A stretch of 32,000 bases of DNA from Sulfolobus acidocaldarius DSM 639. GTDB taxonomy: Archaea > Thermoproteota > Thermoprotei_A > Sulfolobales > Sulfolobaceae. The stretch spans positions 750,001 to 782,000 of the forward strand of contig NC_007181.1 of the NCBI RefSeq assembly GCF_000012285.1. The letters are read 5' to 3'. Below, piece by piece: positions 7,834-17,279 of the stretch. The notes under the pieces were generated by a model. It was not told the DNA's origin and searched no databases. It saw nothing but the letters and a program-made list of their open reading frames with translations. Both the position numbers and the translations under genes were made by a program. Within the stretch, counting starts at the first letter, position 1. Each line of letters opens with the position of its first letter.

Positions 7834-8526
7834 GTGGTAACAGGGAGTGTTAGAGATAGAACTATCGAGTTCCTACTGAAGTTTGCTGACAAGGGCAGAT
7901 TGGTAATCTCAAATGCGATAGAGATAACGGAAGAGAACGAGAATTTAGAGCTTGGCGATTTCAGCTATAAAGCTCTAGTAGAGAGGCTACAATCTAAGGG
8001 GTTTTACTTTGATCCAAAGATGATTCTAAGAAGCTTAGAAAAGGAGTACGGAATTATTGAGACCAGTTACAAAAGTACCAATCAGCATTGGTGGAGGTTT
8101 ATTGATAAAGATCAGGTTTTAGAAGTAGTGAAGGATCAAGAGGAGGTAGAGGATCCAAAAATTAGACTTATATTTCTTAAATTTTATTCCTTGGATCCAA
8201 AAGAAATAGAAAAGAAACTAGAGTTCATTAACAGGAAAGTTAAACTCAGTGATGTAGATAAGAAAATGTTTAGGACATTAATATTTGACCAAATTTCACA
8301 ACTAACCGAGTTATACGAAGACGCTCTACAGTATGAAGAGACTCAAGAGGTAGCTAAACGAATTCAAAAAATATTAACTTTGGCATATACTATCGGTAGA
8401 AAAATATATGTCAGCAGGGAAGGTATCAATAAGGGACTTTCTGAAAAAGAAGGGGAAAGAGAAAATAACTATGCTTACAGCCTACGATTACCCAACGGCA
8501 AAAATAATGTCAATGACGAATCTTGA
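7834..8526 (+). CDS. hypothetical protein (230 aa)
   Basis: GTG start at leaderless distance from the TATA. Mixed alpha/beta N-terminal half and a helical acidic C-terminal half. The last 39 codons overlap panB out of frame. No family recognised. Confidence 0.5.
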   Translation: MVTGSVRDRTIEFLLKFADKGRLVISNAIEITEENENLELGDFSYKALVERLQSKGFYFDPKMILRSLEKEYGIIETSYKSTNQHWWRFIDKDQVLEVVKDQEEVEDPKIRLIFLKFYSLDPKEIEKKLEFINRKVKLSDVDKKMFRTLIFDQISQLTELYEDALQYEETQEVAKRIQKILTLAYTIGRKIYVSREGINKGLSEKEGERENNYAYSLRLPNGKNNVNDES

Positions 8527-9214
8527 TGGAATCCTGGTTGGCGATTCCTTATCGATGGTCGTTTTAGGGTATGAAAATACTCTAAAGGTTTCTATGAAAG
8601 AAATGCTAGTTCACTTGGATTCTGTGGTCAGGGCGAAACCTAGACAGTTAGTAGTCGCTGATATGCCATTTCTATCCTATGAGGTTTCGGCTAATACAGC
8701 AGTTAAGAATGCGGGATTGTTTGTAAGGCATGGGGCGGATTCTGTAAAACTTGAGGGGGGAGAAGAGATGGCAGATGTAGTGAGAAAGATTGTGAGGGCG
8801 GGGATTCCAGTCATGGGACATATAGGGCTTACTCCTCAAAGGTTTTTGAGGATCGGCGGATTTAGGGTTTTAGGAAAAAGTAAACATGAGGAAGAGCAAC
8901 TCTTGAGGGATGCTGAGGTACTAGAGGAGGCAGGTATCTTTTCTTTGGTTATAGAAAACACTTATGCAGACGTAGCAAAGAAGATTACTGAAAAGCTTAA
9001 AGTACCAACTATTTGCATTGGAGCAGGTCCCTATTGTGATGGTCAGATATTAGTTATTCATGACGTTCTGGGACTGAGCGAGTTTACACCATATTTTGCT
9101 AAAGCATATGTTAATTTGAAAGAGGAAATCCAAAAGGCTGTTAATAAATATGTTGAAGAAGTAAGGGAGAGTAAGTTTCCGCAGGGAGAAAATTATAAGG
9201 AGAGGGAAAGTTGA
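8408..9214 (+). CDS. panB: 3-methyl-2-oxobutanoate hydroxymethyltransferase (ketopantoate hydroxymethyltransferase)
   Basis: [56 protein letters not shown] and [11 protein letters not shown] are collinear with bacterial PanB, including the N-terminal [14 protein letters not shown] segment. Confidence 0.92.
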   Translation: MSAGKVSIRDFLKKKGKEKITMLTAYDYPTAKIMSMTNLDGILVGDSLSMVVLGYENTLKVSMKEMLVHLDSVVRAKPRQLVVADMPFLSYEVSANTAVKNAGLFVRHGADSVKLEGGEEMADVVRKIVRAGIPVMGHIGLTPQRFLRIGGFRVLGKSKHEEEQLLRDAEVLEEAGIFSLVIENTYADVAKKITEKLKVPTICIGAGPYCDGQILVIHDVLGLSEFTPYFAKAYVNLKEEIQKAVNKYVEEVRESKFPQGENYKERES

Positions 9215-9951
9215 TTCATTCTTTCCGATATGAATCTTAGGGATTCTTTTAAAATTTCCTTATTATTATATTGATTTATTATCTTTTGAAGTTCATCTTT
9301 ATCGCTCTTTTTCATCTCTTTAGCTAAACTAATCATTTTAGGAAAGACTCTGATTATATTGTCTACTATTGTCAATGACGCCATTTGTGAGGTTCTTGAG
9401 AGCGGATTAATATCTATAGCTATAACTTTCTTTCCCATCTTAACTAACGCTTCAGTTCTATCTCCATCCTCTAGCCCAACTAGAACAACGTCTGCTATGT
9501 AAATTCCCTTTTTGCTTACCCTTCTCCGTTCACTGAATAGTTCAGGAATAACTGCAGAAGCATCATCTCCTACTCCCAACACCTCTTTAGCCCCTGCTCT
9601 CTTTAAAACTTCCTCGATTTTCTTCTCCCTATCTAGTGTTCTATAGAATAGATTTACCTCAATTTTGGCGTTTATCTCTTCTGCTAATCTCACTATATCA
9701 TCTGGTACCAATGCTGCCATATTTCCGTTCACGGATATAACTGGATTCTTAGCAAGTAAGAGCATGGCTATTGCAGCTTTCATAGCCTTCATAGCAAATT
9801 CTTGGGTTTTCTCTCCAATCAAATAGTCGAAACACTCTCCTCGTCCGTGTGCTATTAGACCCTGTGGTGCTAGGTAACCATCTTCCAACGCCTTTACAAC
9901 TTTCTCTCTGATAATAAGTGACTCTCTTCTGGGATGATTCTCTGGTATCAA
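9193..9951 (-). CDS. 4-phosphopantoate--beta-alanine ligase (archaeal phosphopantothenate synthetase)
   Basis: [16 protein letters not shown]...[19 protein letters not shown] matches my recollection of the Thermococcus PPS N-terminus (IPKSHPR...AHGRGEAFDYL). The likely start is the TTG at 9951, overlapping the upstream TGA as TTGA. The ORF-track ATG at 9993 adds 14 residues inside the upstream gene. Confidence 0.85.
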   Translation of the reverse strand: MIPENHPRRESLIIREKVVKALEDGYLAPQGLIAHGRGECFDYLIGEKTQEFAMKAMKAAIAMLLLAKNPVISVNGNMAALVPDDIVRLAEEINAKIEVNLFYRTLDREKKIEEVLKRAGAKEVLGVGDDASAVIPELFSERRRVSKKGIYIADVVLVGLEDGDRTEALVKMGKKVIAIDINPLSRTSQMASLTIVDNIIRVFPKMISLAKEMKKSDKDELQKIINQYNNKEILKESLRFISERMNQLSLSL

Positions 9952-10697
9952 TGAATTAACACTCCATTTGTCGCTGGAGTGTGTTGTATCCATTCCTTGT
10001 TACAATCACCATGCTTGATTATTAAGCCTTTCTTCCTAAATGAGTTCGGTATGTTTGAAACAAAACCTAATTCTTCTGTAAACTTCCTAGAGACTTCGAA
10101 AAACTTAGTTAGATCAGGATTCTTAAGAAATTCCTCAATGTATGTTAATGCGTTCTCATTTTTCTTCAATAAAACTGTAGTGGGTAATGCCATCTCTGGT
10201 TTACTACACACTTGTTCACTCCACGATACATTGATTTTTTCCGCTTTACCTATCCCTGGTGCTCCTGGAACTTTCCTATATACTATCCCTCCTCCAATGT
10301 ATTCGGCAATTACATCTCCTAGACCATTCTTGTTGACAACCTCACTTTCATGAGCGGTATAAAGTGCTTCCTTCAAACTTGTTAGTCCTAGTTCATACGC
10401 CAGGTAAGAATAGGCTAAACTGATTGAACCACTTAGACCATATCCAAAGCCCAATGGAACTTGACTCTGAACCGAAATTTTTAGTTCACCAAGTCTCTTG
10501 AGAATTGCTAGATTTGGGAATTCAATTATTTTTCCGTTAAACTCCACCTCAGCTTTGTTTGATCTCTTTCCTCTAACCATTATCCTAGGTTCAACCACTA
10601 AACCTATGCCGATAGAACCTGTAGTTAAAGGATTATTAGTGTACACTGGATACCAGACACCAGAGATGTTTAGCGGGACTAATACCTCTACATCCAC
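9948..10697 (-). CDS. pantoate kinase (GHMP-kinase family, archaeal CoA pathway)
   Basis: 249 aa. GHMP motif [15 protein letters not shown]. Its size and its position immediately upstream of PPS are as in other archaea. Confidence 0.8.
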   Translation of the reverse strand: MDVEVLVPLNISGVWYPVYTNNPLTTGSIGIGLVVEPRIMVRGKRSNKAEVEFNGKIIEFPNLAILKRLGELKISVQSQVPLGFGYGLSGSISLAYSYLAYELGLTSLKEALYTAHESEVVNKNGLGDVIAEYIGGGIVYRKVPGAPGIGKAEKINVSWSEQVCSKPEMALPTTVLLKKNENALTYIEEFLKNPDLTKFFEVSRKFTEELGFVSNIPNSFRKKGLIIKHGDCNKEWIQHTPATNGVLIH

Positions 10698-10718
10698 GCT
10701 ATAAAAAGGATTGGAATA

Positions 10719-11144
10719 TTATATTAATTTATACATCATGTCCTCGTGGTCGAGGTATATTAAACCATTTTTCTTGAGAAAGGAATAAATGTTCAGTAAC
10801 CTTTTAGAAAGTTTATTGTCCACCTCGTTCTTGTACAATCTAAAGTGCACCAAGAGTAAATCCATAGTATCCCTAAACGTAATAAGGGAACTATTGTCAC
10901 CTACTGGAAGGACGAATAGTTGAGGATGGGTATTTGATCTAATATGCTGGTCTGTCACTATATAACCCTTCTCAAGAATTTGTTCGCAAAGACTCTGTTT
11001 TTGAGGTGTTTTTGACGTATTTAAGCCTCTGATTAGTCTTTCAATTTCGTCTAATCGTTTCAGGATTAAATCATCGTTCGTAGCGTATCTTCTTGCTACC
11101 TTATTTTCACCTGCTAGTAAATAACTTAAAAAGTCATCATCCAT
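10719..11144 (-). CDS. hypothetical protein (141 aa), first gene of the PoK-PPS transcription unit
   Basis: Same strand as pantoate kinase and 21 nt upstream of it. No recognisable motif. The C-terminus LSKRLLNIYSFLKKNGLIYL could be a winged-helix element. Confidence 0.5.
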   Translation of the reverse strand: MDDDFLSYLLAGENKVARRYATNDDLILKRLDEIERLIRGLNTSKTPQKQSLCEQILEKGYIVTDQHIRSNTHPQLFVLPVGDNSSLITFRDTMDLLLVHFRLYKNEVDNKLSKRLLNIYSFLKKNGLIYLDHEDMMYKLI

Positions 11145-11166
11145 ATTACTCTTATTGAGTTATAAC

Positions 11167-11171
11167 GGAGG
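11167..11171 (+). promoter_or_regulatory. Shine-Dalgarno-like GGAGG upstream of moaD-moaE
   Basis: GGAGG lies 9 nt before the ATG at 11181. Confidence 0.35.
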
Positions 11172-11180
11172 AAGAGGTAA

Positions 11181-11888
11181 ATGAAAATTAAAGTGAGATA
11201 CTTTGCTCTCCTGAGAGACTACACTAAAAAGAATGAGGAAATTATTGAAACTGAGTGTAAAGATGTCGCATGCCTTGTAAGCCAGCTCGAAAAAGTATAT
11301 GGAAAAGAGTTTGGCAGGGTGGTTAGAGAGGGTTTTGGTCCAGTTAGGATTGTAATATTAGTTAATGGTAAGGTCGACAACGAAATAAGAGAGGGTGATG
11401 AAGTTGCCCTTTTGCCACCTCCAGCAGGTGGGGAATTATTCATGAATTCCCGCTTTAATCTATTAGAGGAGATTAGAAAATTTAGGGCAGAGGCAACAGA
11501 AGAAGTGGGATCTATGGTTATATACCTAGGAATAGTTAAAGGAGCAATTGAGGAGCATAAAGTCTATGAGCTAAGATACGAGGCATATAAAGAGTATACA
11601 GAGAAGAGGTTAAAGGAGATAATAGAGAATTTGCGGACCAAATATAAGGATTTAGTCAAGATGAAAATTCTACATGTTGTAGATGATCTTAAACCTGGCG
11701 ATGATGTTTTCTTGGTTATGGCTTTAGGACGTGGGAGGGGAGACACGCTTAAGGCAGTTGAAGAGGCTGTGGAGTTAGTTAAACATACAACAGGTATCTG
11801 GAAGCTAGAGATCAGAGACGATGGAGAATATTGGGTAGTTGCAGGAAACACTAGGGTGAAAAGGGATGAGAAAGCCGGTAGCTCTTAG
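11181..11888 (+). CDS. MoaD-MoaE fusion (molybdopterin synthase sulfur-carrier and catalytic subunits in one ORF)
   Basis: Residues 1-84 form a MoaD/ThiS-type beta-grasp ending ...EGDEVALLPPPAGG (GG codons at 11427-11432). Residues 85-235 are MoaE-like: GSMVIYLGIVKG, YELRYEAYKEY, ILHVVDDLKPGDDVFLVMALG, LVKHTTGIWKLE. Confidence 0.8.
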   Translation: MKIKVRYFALLRDYTKKNEEIIETECKDVACLVSQLEKVYGKEFGRVVREGFGPVRIVILVNGKVDNEIREGDEVALLPPPAGGELFMNSRFNLLEEIRKFRAEATEEVGSMVIYLGIVKGAIEEHKVYELRYEAYKEYTEKRLKEIIENLRTKYKDLVKMKILHVVDDLKPGDDVFLVMALGRGRGDTLKAVEEAVELVKHTTGIWKLEIRDDGEYWVVAGNTRVKRDEKAGSS

Positions 11889-13209
11889 TATTGCAGGGAT
11901 TGATACTGGTAATGGAGCTGGTGCTGAAAGTGATCTAAAAGTATATGAAATTTTAGGGGTTCACGGAGTTATTGCAGTTACAGCGTTAACTGCCCAATCG
12001 ACTACAGGAATAAGAGCTGTTTTACCCACTCCACCTGAATTCCTGAAAACACAACTAGATACTCTATTTGATGATTTTGAAATAAAGGATGTAAAGATAG
12101 GTATGATCTATAATAACGACCAATTTGCTGTAGTTAAAGACTATTTAAGGGATAAAAGAGTAGTTACTGATCCTGTACTTTTTGCTAAAGATGGAACTCA
12201 GCTTATAAAGGATTTAGAAGAGTACAAAAGAAATATTCTCCGTAATACGACTGTACTGACACCTAACATTCCAGAGGCTTCATATCTCTCCGGTCTGAAA
12301 ATATCATCCATAGAAGAAGTGAAATTGGCATGTAAGACAATATCTAAGGACTTTAATATACCATATGTTGTAGTAAAGGGCGGTCATGCTGAGGACGATT
12401 ACAGTATTGATGTATTATATGATTCTAACAGGGATTTATATTACGGTATAGGATATATGAGATTAAACCAGAGGCATACGCATGGTACAGGAAGCGTATT
12501 TGCTACTGCAGTCTCAGCAGAATTATCAAAGGGTAACGATATTCTTACCGCATTGAGGCATGCTAGATCATTATTACAAGACTCAATATATTACGGTCTT
12601 GAAATCGGTCATGGTATAGGTCCGATAGATCCCGTAGTTCCTTTCATGAAGAAAAGTATGAAGTTTGATGTTATTCAAGAGATGACTAGGTTTTCACAGG
12701 AGGTAGAGTCAGTTGACGGGTTTTACAAATTAATTCCTGAAGTCCAGTCTAATTTGGCTCACTCCATACCTTCACAATATGTACGTGGATTAGAGGATAT
12801 TGCAACATTTAGGGATAGAATTGTTAAGAATTGGGATAACCGAGTTAAAGTTGGCTTGCCTGCAGTTTTTGGAAAACCTACGCATACTGCTAGGTTATTG
12901 TTATCAATTTTACCTTATGAGACCAAGGCATCAGTTTTAATGAACATAAGATTTGAAGATAAGATAGTAAACCTTCTCAAAGAGGTAGGGTATAATACGT
13001 TGGAGATAAACAGAGAATTGGAGCCAATGAGTAATGTAGAGGGAAAAAGCATGCAGTGGATAGCATCTTATATCCACGAAAATTATGGGAGAATACCAAA
13101 CGTAATTTTCGATAGAGGTGTTAAGGGTAAGGAGGCAATGATCAGATTTTGGACATCATCGATTGATGAGATGATTGATACATTAAAATATCTCGCCAAA
13201 AATTTATGA
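11866..13209 (+). CDS. thiDN: bifunctional ThiD (HMP/HMP-P kinase) / ThiN (thiamine-phosphate synthase) protein
   Basis: The N-terminus ALSIAGIDTGNGAGAESDLK...VVKGGH...THGTGSVFATA is ThiD. An extra C-terminal domain of about 180 aa is typical of archaeal ThiN fusions. Confidence 0.85.
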   Translation: MRKPVALSIAGIDTGNGAGAESDLKVYEILGVHGVIAVTALTAQSTTGIRAVLPTPPEFLKTQLDTLFDDFEIKDVKIGMIYNNDQFAVVKDYLRDKRVVTDPVLFAKDGTQLIKDLEEYKRNILRNTTVLTPNIPEASYLSGLKISSIEEVKLACKTISKDFNIPYVVVKGGHAEDDYSIDVLYDSNRDLYYGIGYMRLNQRHTHGTGSVFATAVSAELSKGNDILTALRHARSLLQDSIYYGLEIGHGIGPIDPVVPFMKKSMKFDVIQEMTRFSQEVESVDGFYKLIPEVQSNLAHSIPSQYVRGLEDIATFRDRIVKNWDNRVKVGLPAVFGKPTHTARLLLSILPYETKASVLMNIRFEDKIVNLLKEVGYNTLEINRELEPMSNVEGKSMQWIASYIHENYGRIPNVIFDRGVKGKEAMIRFWTSSIDEMIDTLKYLAKNL

Positions 13210-13212
13210 GAT

Positions 13213-13746
13213 ATGGATTTAGAGAGAGTTCTTTCAGGAGGAAAGAATCTAGTGAGAACTGGTTGGATGCAAAGGGGAGTTCCTGGAGGAGTTGGTGAAA
13301 CTATCTCCCAACACAGTTGGGAGGCAGGTGTACTAGCATACTACATTGCCACCAAACTTAAGGAAAATGGAGTGTATGTGAATGCCGAAAAAGCAGTAAC
13401 TATAGCTGTATTTCATGATATTGGTGAAACCTTGCTTGGAGATCTGCCAAAATGGGCTACTGAAAAAATAGGAAATAAGAAAGAGTTAGAGAGTGAAGCT
13501 ATCAGAATCCTTGGAATAGGTGAGGAACTCTTTAATGAATATAATTCTACTACGATAGAAGGCAGATTAGCTAAATTGTGTGATAAGCTTTCAACTTATC
13601 TCCAAGCACTGAGATACTCTAAGCAGGGATATAATGTCAAAGAAATCGTAGAAAATTACAAGACTGAGCTAGAGAGAATAGTTAATGAGGAACCATTCAA
13701 AATTGTTAAAGATCATATTTACGCTATAGTAAATAATTTAATTTAG
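13213..13746 (+). CDS. HD-domain phosphohydrolase (YfbR-like 5'-nucleotidase family)
   Basis: [16 protein letters not shown] and [14 protein letters not shown] (H...HD...D metal ligands). 177 aa. Confidence 0.75.
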   Translation: MDLERVLSGGKNLVRTGWMQRGVPGGVGETISQHSWEAGVLAYYIATKLKENGVYVNAEKAVTIAVFHDIGETLLGDLPKWATEKIGNKKELESEAIRILGIGEELFNEYNSTTIEGRLAKLCDKLSTYLQALRYSKQGYNVKEIVENYKTELERIVNEEPFKIVKDHIYAIVNNLI

Positions 13747-13772
13747 CGTTAGTCATATTAAATGCGATAATT

Positions 13773-14294
13773 ATGAAGCTTTCACCAGGTAAAAATGCTC
13801 CAGATGTGGTCAACGTTCTAGTTGAAATTCCTCAGGGTTCTAATATAAAGTACGAATACGACGATGAGGAAGGAGTTATAAAGGTCGATCGAGTACTGTA
13901 CACTTCCATGAATTATCCTTTCAATTACGGATTTATCCCAGGTACGCTAGAGGAAGACGGCGATCCACTAGACGTATTAGTGATAACAAACTATCAGTTA
14001 TATCCAGGAAGCGTAATTGAGGTAAGACCCATAGGTATTTTATATATGAAAGATGAAGAGGGAGAGGACGCTAAGATTGTTGCAGTGCCTAAAGATAAGA
14101 CAGACCCAAGCTTTTCAAACATTAAGGATATTAATGACCTACCACAGGCTACTAAGAATAAGATTGTCCACTTCTTCGAGCATTATAAAGAACTTGAACC
14201 TGGAAAGTACGTTAAGATATCTGGATGGGGATCAGCTACCGAGGCTAAGAATCGTATACAATTAGCAATAAAGAGAGTTTCAGGAGGACAATGA
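13773..14294 (+). CDS. ppa: inorganic pyrophosphatase (family I)
   Basis: [34 protein letters not shown] and DGDPLDVLV. 173 aa. Appears identical to my memory of the S. acidocaldarius PPase (unverified). Confidence 0.95.
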   Translation: MKLSPGKNAPDVVNVLVEIPQGSNIKYEYDDEEGVIKVDRVLYTSMNYPFNYGFIPGTLEEDGDPLDVLVITNYQLYPGSVIEVRPIGILYMKDEEGEDAKIVAVPKDKTDPSFSNIKDINDLPQATKNKIVHFFEHYKELEPGKYVKISGWGSATEAKNRIQLAIKRVSGGQ

Positions 14295-15568
14295 ATACAT
14301 TTTTTTTACTTATCCCTGGGTTAGTAATCGTAGGGATATTATCCTTATGGAATTTTTTGCAAGGTATATACTATTTGTTGGGCAAATCACAGAAGGATGA
14401 TCATAAAACAACCTTTAATAAACATAAAAAAACGTTTAGTATCATAGTCGCTATAAAGGATGAAAGTAAACAAGTTATAGAGTCTTTAGTGGAAAATTTA
14501 AAGAGAATTAACTATGAAAGATATGAGGTTATAATAGTTTCTGATGACGATGAGTCAAAATTCAGGGAGTATCTGGAGATTAAATTTCCAGAAAACTTTA
14601 GATTAATAAGGAGAGAGAGTAATAGCGGAGGTAAAGCTGGTGCACTTAATTTTGCCTCAAGAATATCTAAAGGAGATTACCTAGTGTTTATGGACGCAGA
14701 TGCAAGAGTTAATGAAGATTTTCTTCAGCGTTTGAATAATAAAGACTACGTTGCATGTTCTTTAAAAATAATAATTTATGATACATCCACCAGTATTCAG
14801 TCATATTATGCGGAATTTACGGAGAAGGTTATGGATATGATGTTTAAAGGGCGTAGTAAATTAGGTCTACCCATATTTCCAAATGGCTCAGCCTTCTCTA
14901 TCAGGAGGGACACTCTATTAAGTATAGGAGGATGGAAGGAAAACGCGATAGCTGAAGATCTTGAACTTGGAATAAGAATGTATCTGAATGACCTTAAGAA
15001 CCTATTTTATGACGATGTTGTCGTATTCTTGAAGTCGCCCTATACACTAATGGATCTTTATAATCAAATACAAAGATGGTCATATGGTTCCTCACAACTT
15101 CTCAAATCATCATTGAAACTTCTGAAAAAAGGTATCAAAGGATTTGAAGGCTTACTATATTCCCAACAGTGGGTAATTTATCCTCTGTTTTTCACAGTTC
15201 TTGGTGTTTACGGAATACTCACACCTGTGTTTAATATAACTCAGACATACCTCCTGCTCCTCATCCTTATATATGGTATCTCTGTTGTTTTTTACTCTCA
15301 GGTACTAAACCAGAAAAGGGTCGATATTAAAATACTGAAGACTATACTAGACGCTTCCATAACTGGATATCTTAAAGGACTGTTCGGTTTAAAGTATAAG
15401 TGGAGAGTAACTCCAAAAATATTAGATAAAGGGGGTAGATTAATCGAAGATAACAATATTCCGTTGATAAGTATACCGTTTTATTTAATATCCTTTTTCG
15501 ATGCATCTATGGGTTTTGTACTTTCAAGTATAGTAATTCTACTAGTTGCACTAATTGAATCTTTCTAG
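14291..15568 (+). CDS. membrane-embedded family-2 glycosyltransferase (processive synthase type)
   Basis: An N-terminal TM helix, then the GT2 core ([38 protein letters not shown]), a QxxRW motif (QIQRWSYG), and 4-5 C-terminal TM helices. Confidence 0.85.
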   Translation: MNTFFLLIPGLVIVGILSLWNFLQGIYYLLGKSQKDDHKTTFNKHKKTFSIIVAIKDESKQVIESLVENLKRINYERYEVIIVSDDDESKFREYLEIKFPENFRLIRRESNSGGKAGALNFASRISKGDYLVFMDADARVNEDFLQRLNNKDYVACSLKIIIYDTSTSIQSYYAEFTEKVMDMMFKGRSKLGLPIFPNGSAFSIRRDTLLSIGGWKENAIAEDLELGIRMYLNDLKNLFYDDVVVFLKSPYTLMDLYNQIQRWSYGSSQLLKSSLKLLKKGIKGFEGLLYSQQWVIYPLFFTVLGVYGILTPVFNITQTYLLLLILIYGISVVFYSQVLNQKRVDIKILKTILDASITGYLKGLFGLKYKWRVTPKILDKGGRLIEDNNIPLISIPFYLISFFDASMGFVLSSIVILLVALIESF

Positions 15569-16651
15569 TCATGCTGAATGAATTTCAACTATATCTCCGT
15601 CTTCCAAAACGTGATCTGCACCTACTTTCTGACCAGGGAATTTCACCGATTTTCCCCAAACTCTTGCATACCCAAATCCTTCAGCTAATTCATTGTGAAG
15701 TTTTCTGGCAACCTCAACAACTGTGGTTCCCCTCTTTACTATTAAGGGTTCCATGGAGGGTTTATCCTTCGGTTCTTTAGTGTAAACCCTTATTACATCA
15801 AGTATTTTGAATATTGCCTCTCTTAATCTATCTGTATCGTTTATTCTTATTACGAGTATCCCCTCTTCAGTGGTAAATTCTTCGTTAGATACGATTATTG
15901 CGGGTTTATATAGGCTGGTGCCGAAAACTTCTCTTTCAATATCATCAAGAGTTACCTCGCCTATTATTTTCACTAACGCATTTCTAATACCAAAGCCCTC
16001 TAAATACCTTCTTACGTCGTCCTCGTTAGTGTTAACTAATTTACCCATATTAACTATTCTTATCCCTAATCTCCCATACCTAGTTCTATCTATGATTACC
16101 TTCCCCTTTGGTTTTCTAAGAAAAATACCGTTGTTTTCTAGGTTGTCTCTTATTGATTTGTATTCTTCCTTGTCCTTAACAACTATTAGTATTCCATCGC
16201 TATTTTTTGTCAGTCCTAGAACTCTTCCTATTAGACTTTTTGCCTCAAATATTAGTGGAGGGGTATTTACCAATTGAATTTGCACATCAAGGTACTTCAT
16301 CATACCAGGTACGGGTAAATCCCGAGGATCTATTTTTACATTTGTGAGTTCTCTCATTAACCTATTTTTAAGCTCGTGATCTCCCAATAACACAACTTGT
16401 CCTGCTCCCTCTTTTTCAATGAAGAATTGGAGACCCCTTTTTACCGAGGAACTCTTCCTCCTCTCTAATTCAGCCTCATCCTTGAGCTCTGCTAGTCTTC
16501 TTTTCGCCCAGTAAACTAGGTTTTCTGTCCCTTTATGTTTAGGTATTGCACTAAGGAACTCTTGAAGAGCCCTGATTTTCTCCTCTGGGGTTTTAGCGTC
16601 CATATATTTTATCCATTTAGCCTTAGCCTCAGCTGGTAAGTTAGTTACCAT
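15569..16651 (-). CDS. DRG/Rbg-family protein with a TGS domain and degenerate GTPase motifs
   Basis: Collinear with archaeal DRG: an N-terminal helical region, a G-domain-like core, and a C-terminal TGS domain (VKRGTTVVEVARKLHNELAEGFGYARVWGKSVKFPGQKVGADHVLEDGDIVEI). G1 reads LLGDHELKNRL, G3 reads LVNTPPL and G4 reads IVSNEEF. ATG at 16651 is preferred over the TTG at 16681. Confidence 0.75.
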   Translation of the reverse strand: MVTNLPAEAKAKWIKYMDAKTPEEKIRALQEFLSAIPKHKGTENLVYWAKRRLAELKDEAELERRKSSSVKRGLQFFIEKEGAGQVVLLGDHELKNRLMRELTNVKIDPRDLPVPGMMKYLDVQIQLVNTPPLIFEAKSLIGRVLGLTKNSDGILIVVKDKEEYKSIRDNLENNGIFLRKPKGKVIIDRTRYGRLGIRIVNMGKLVNTNEDDVRRYLEGFGIRNALVKIIGEVTLDDIEREVFGTSLYKPAIIVSNEEFTTEEGILVIRINDTDRLREAIFKILDVIRVYTKEPKDKPSMEPLIVKRGTTVVEVARKLHNELAEGFGYARVWGKSVKFPGQKVGADHVLEDGDIVEIHSA

Positions 16652-17279
16652 CTCTTTTTCTAATATAATAATTAGGTGCAATGTCTTGTAAAATTTTCCA
16701 ACTCCTCCTTATTATGGGTAAAGCATATGTGGGTTGTCTCGAATATAGGTCTTTAATCCATTCTACTGTTTTTTTGTCCCCAGGATATCCGCTTCCGAAG
16801 TCACCATACGTCTTCTTTAGCTCATTTATTATATTGTCTCTTACTACTTTTGCTATTATACTCGCTGCACTTACCTCTACATATTTTACATCAGCGTTAT
16901 TTTCCACTCTAGGGGAAGAATTGATATTAATGATCTCTCTTTCCACAGCACTAGCATTACCAACTTTATCGACAGTCACTATGGAAGGATTGTAAACAGA
17001 CATGGAGTGTATTATCTGTATCATAGCCCTATATGTAATTTCATTGAGATTTTCGGAATCTATCTCTTCTGGATATGCTTTCACCAGGGAAATAGCATAA
17101 CTGTACTCTAAAATTACACCGAAAAGATATTCCCTTTTCTTCCTGGTTAATTTTTTACTATCTTTTACACCTATTTCACTCAGAAATTTTAGAAAATTAC
17201 TATCTATTGCGACACCAGCTACAACCATAGGTCCTATAAGGGATCCTCTTCCCGCCTCATCGATTCCGACTAAAATCAT
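16641..17279 (-). CDS. rnhB: ribonuclease HII
   Basis: N-terminus ILVGIDEAGRGSLIGPMVVAGV (DEAGRG catalytic motif), plus ASIIAK and GSGYPGD. Confidence 0.92.
   Translation of the reverse strand: MILVGIDEAGRGSLIGPMVVAGVAIDSNFLKFLSEIGVKDSKKLTRKKREYLFGVILEYSYAISLVKAYPEEIDSENLNEITYRAMIQIIHSMSVYNPSIVTVDKVGNASAVEREIININSSPRVENNADVKYVEVSAASIIAKVVRDNIINELKKTYGDFGSGYPGDKKTVEWIKDLYSRQPTYALPIIRRSWKILQDIAPNYYIRKRDGN

Noticed and set aside
15807-16277. 156-aa plus-strand ORF inside the DRG-like gene
   Set aside because: It is the antisense frame of a well-supported gene. Its S/L/I/T-rich composition is typical of shadow ORFs in AT-rich coding DNA.
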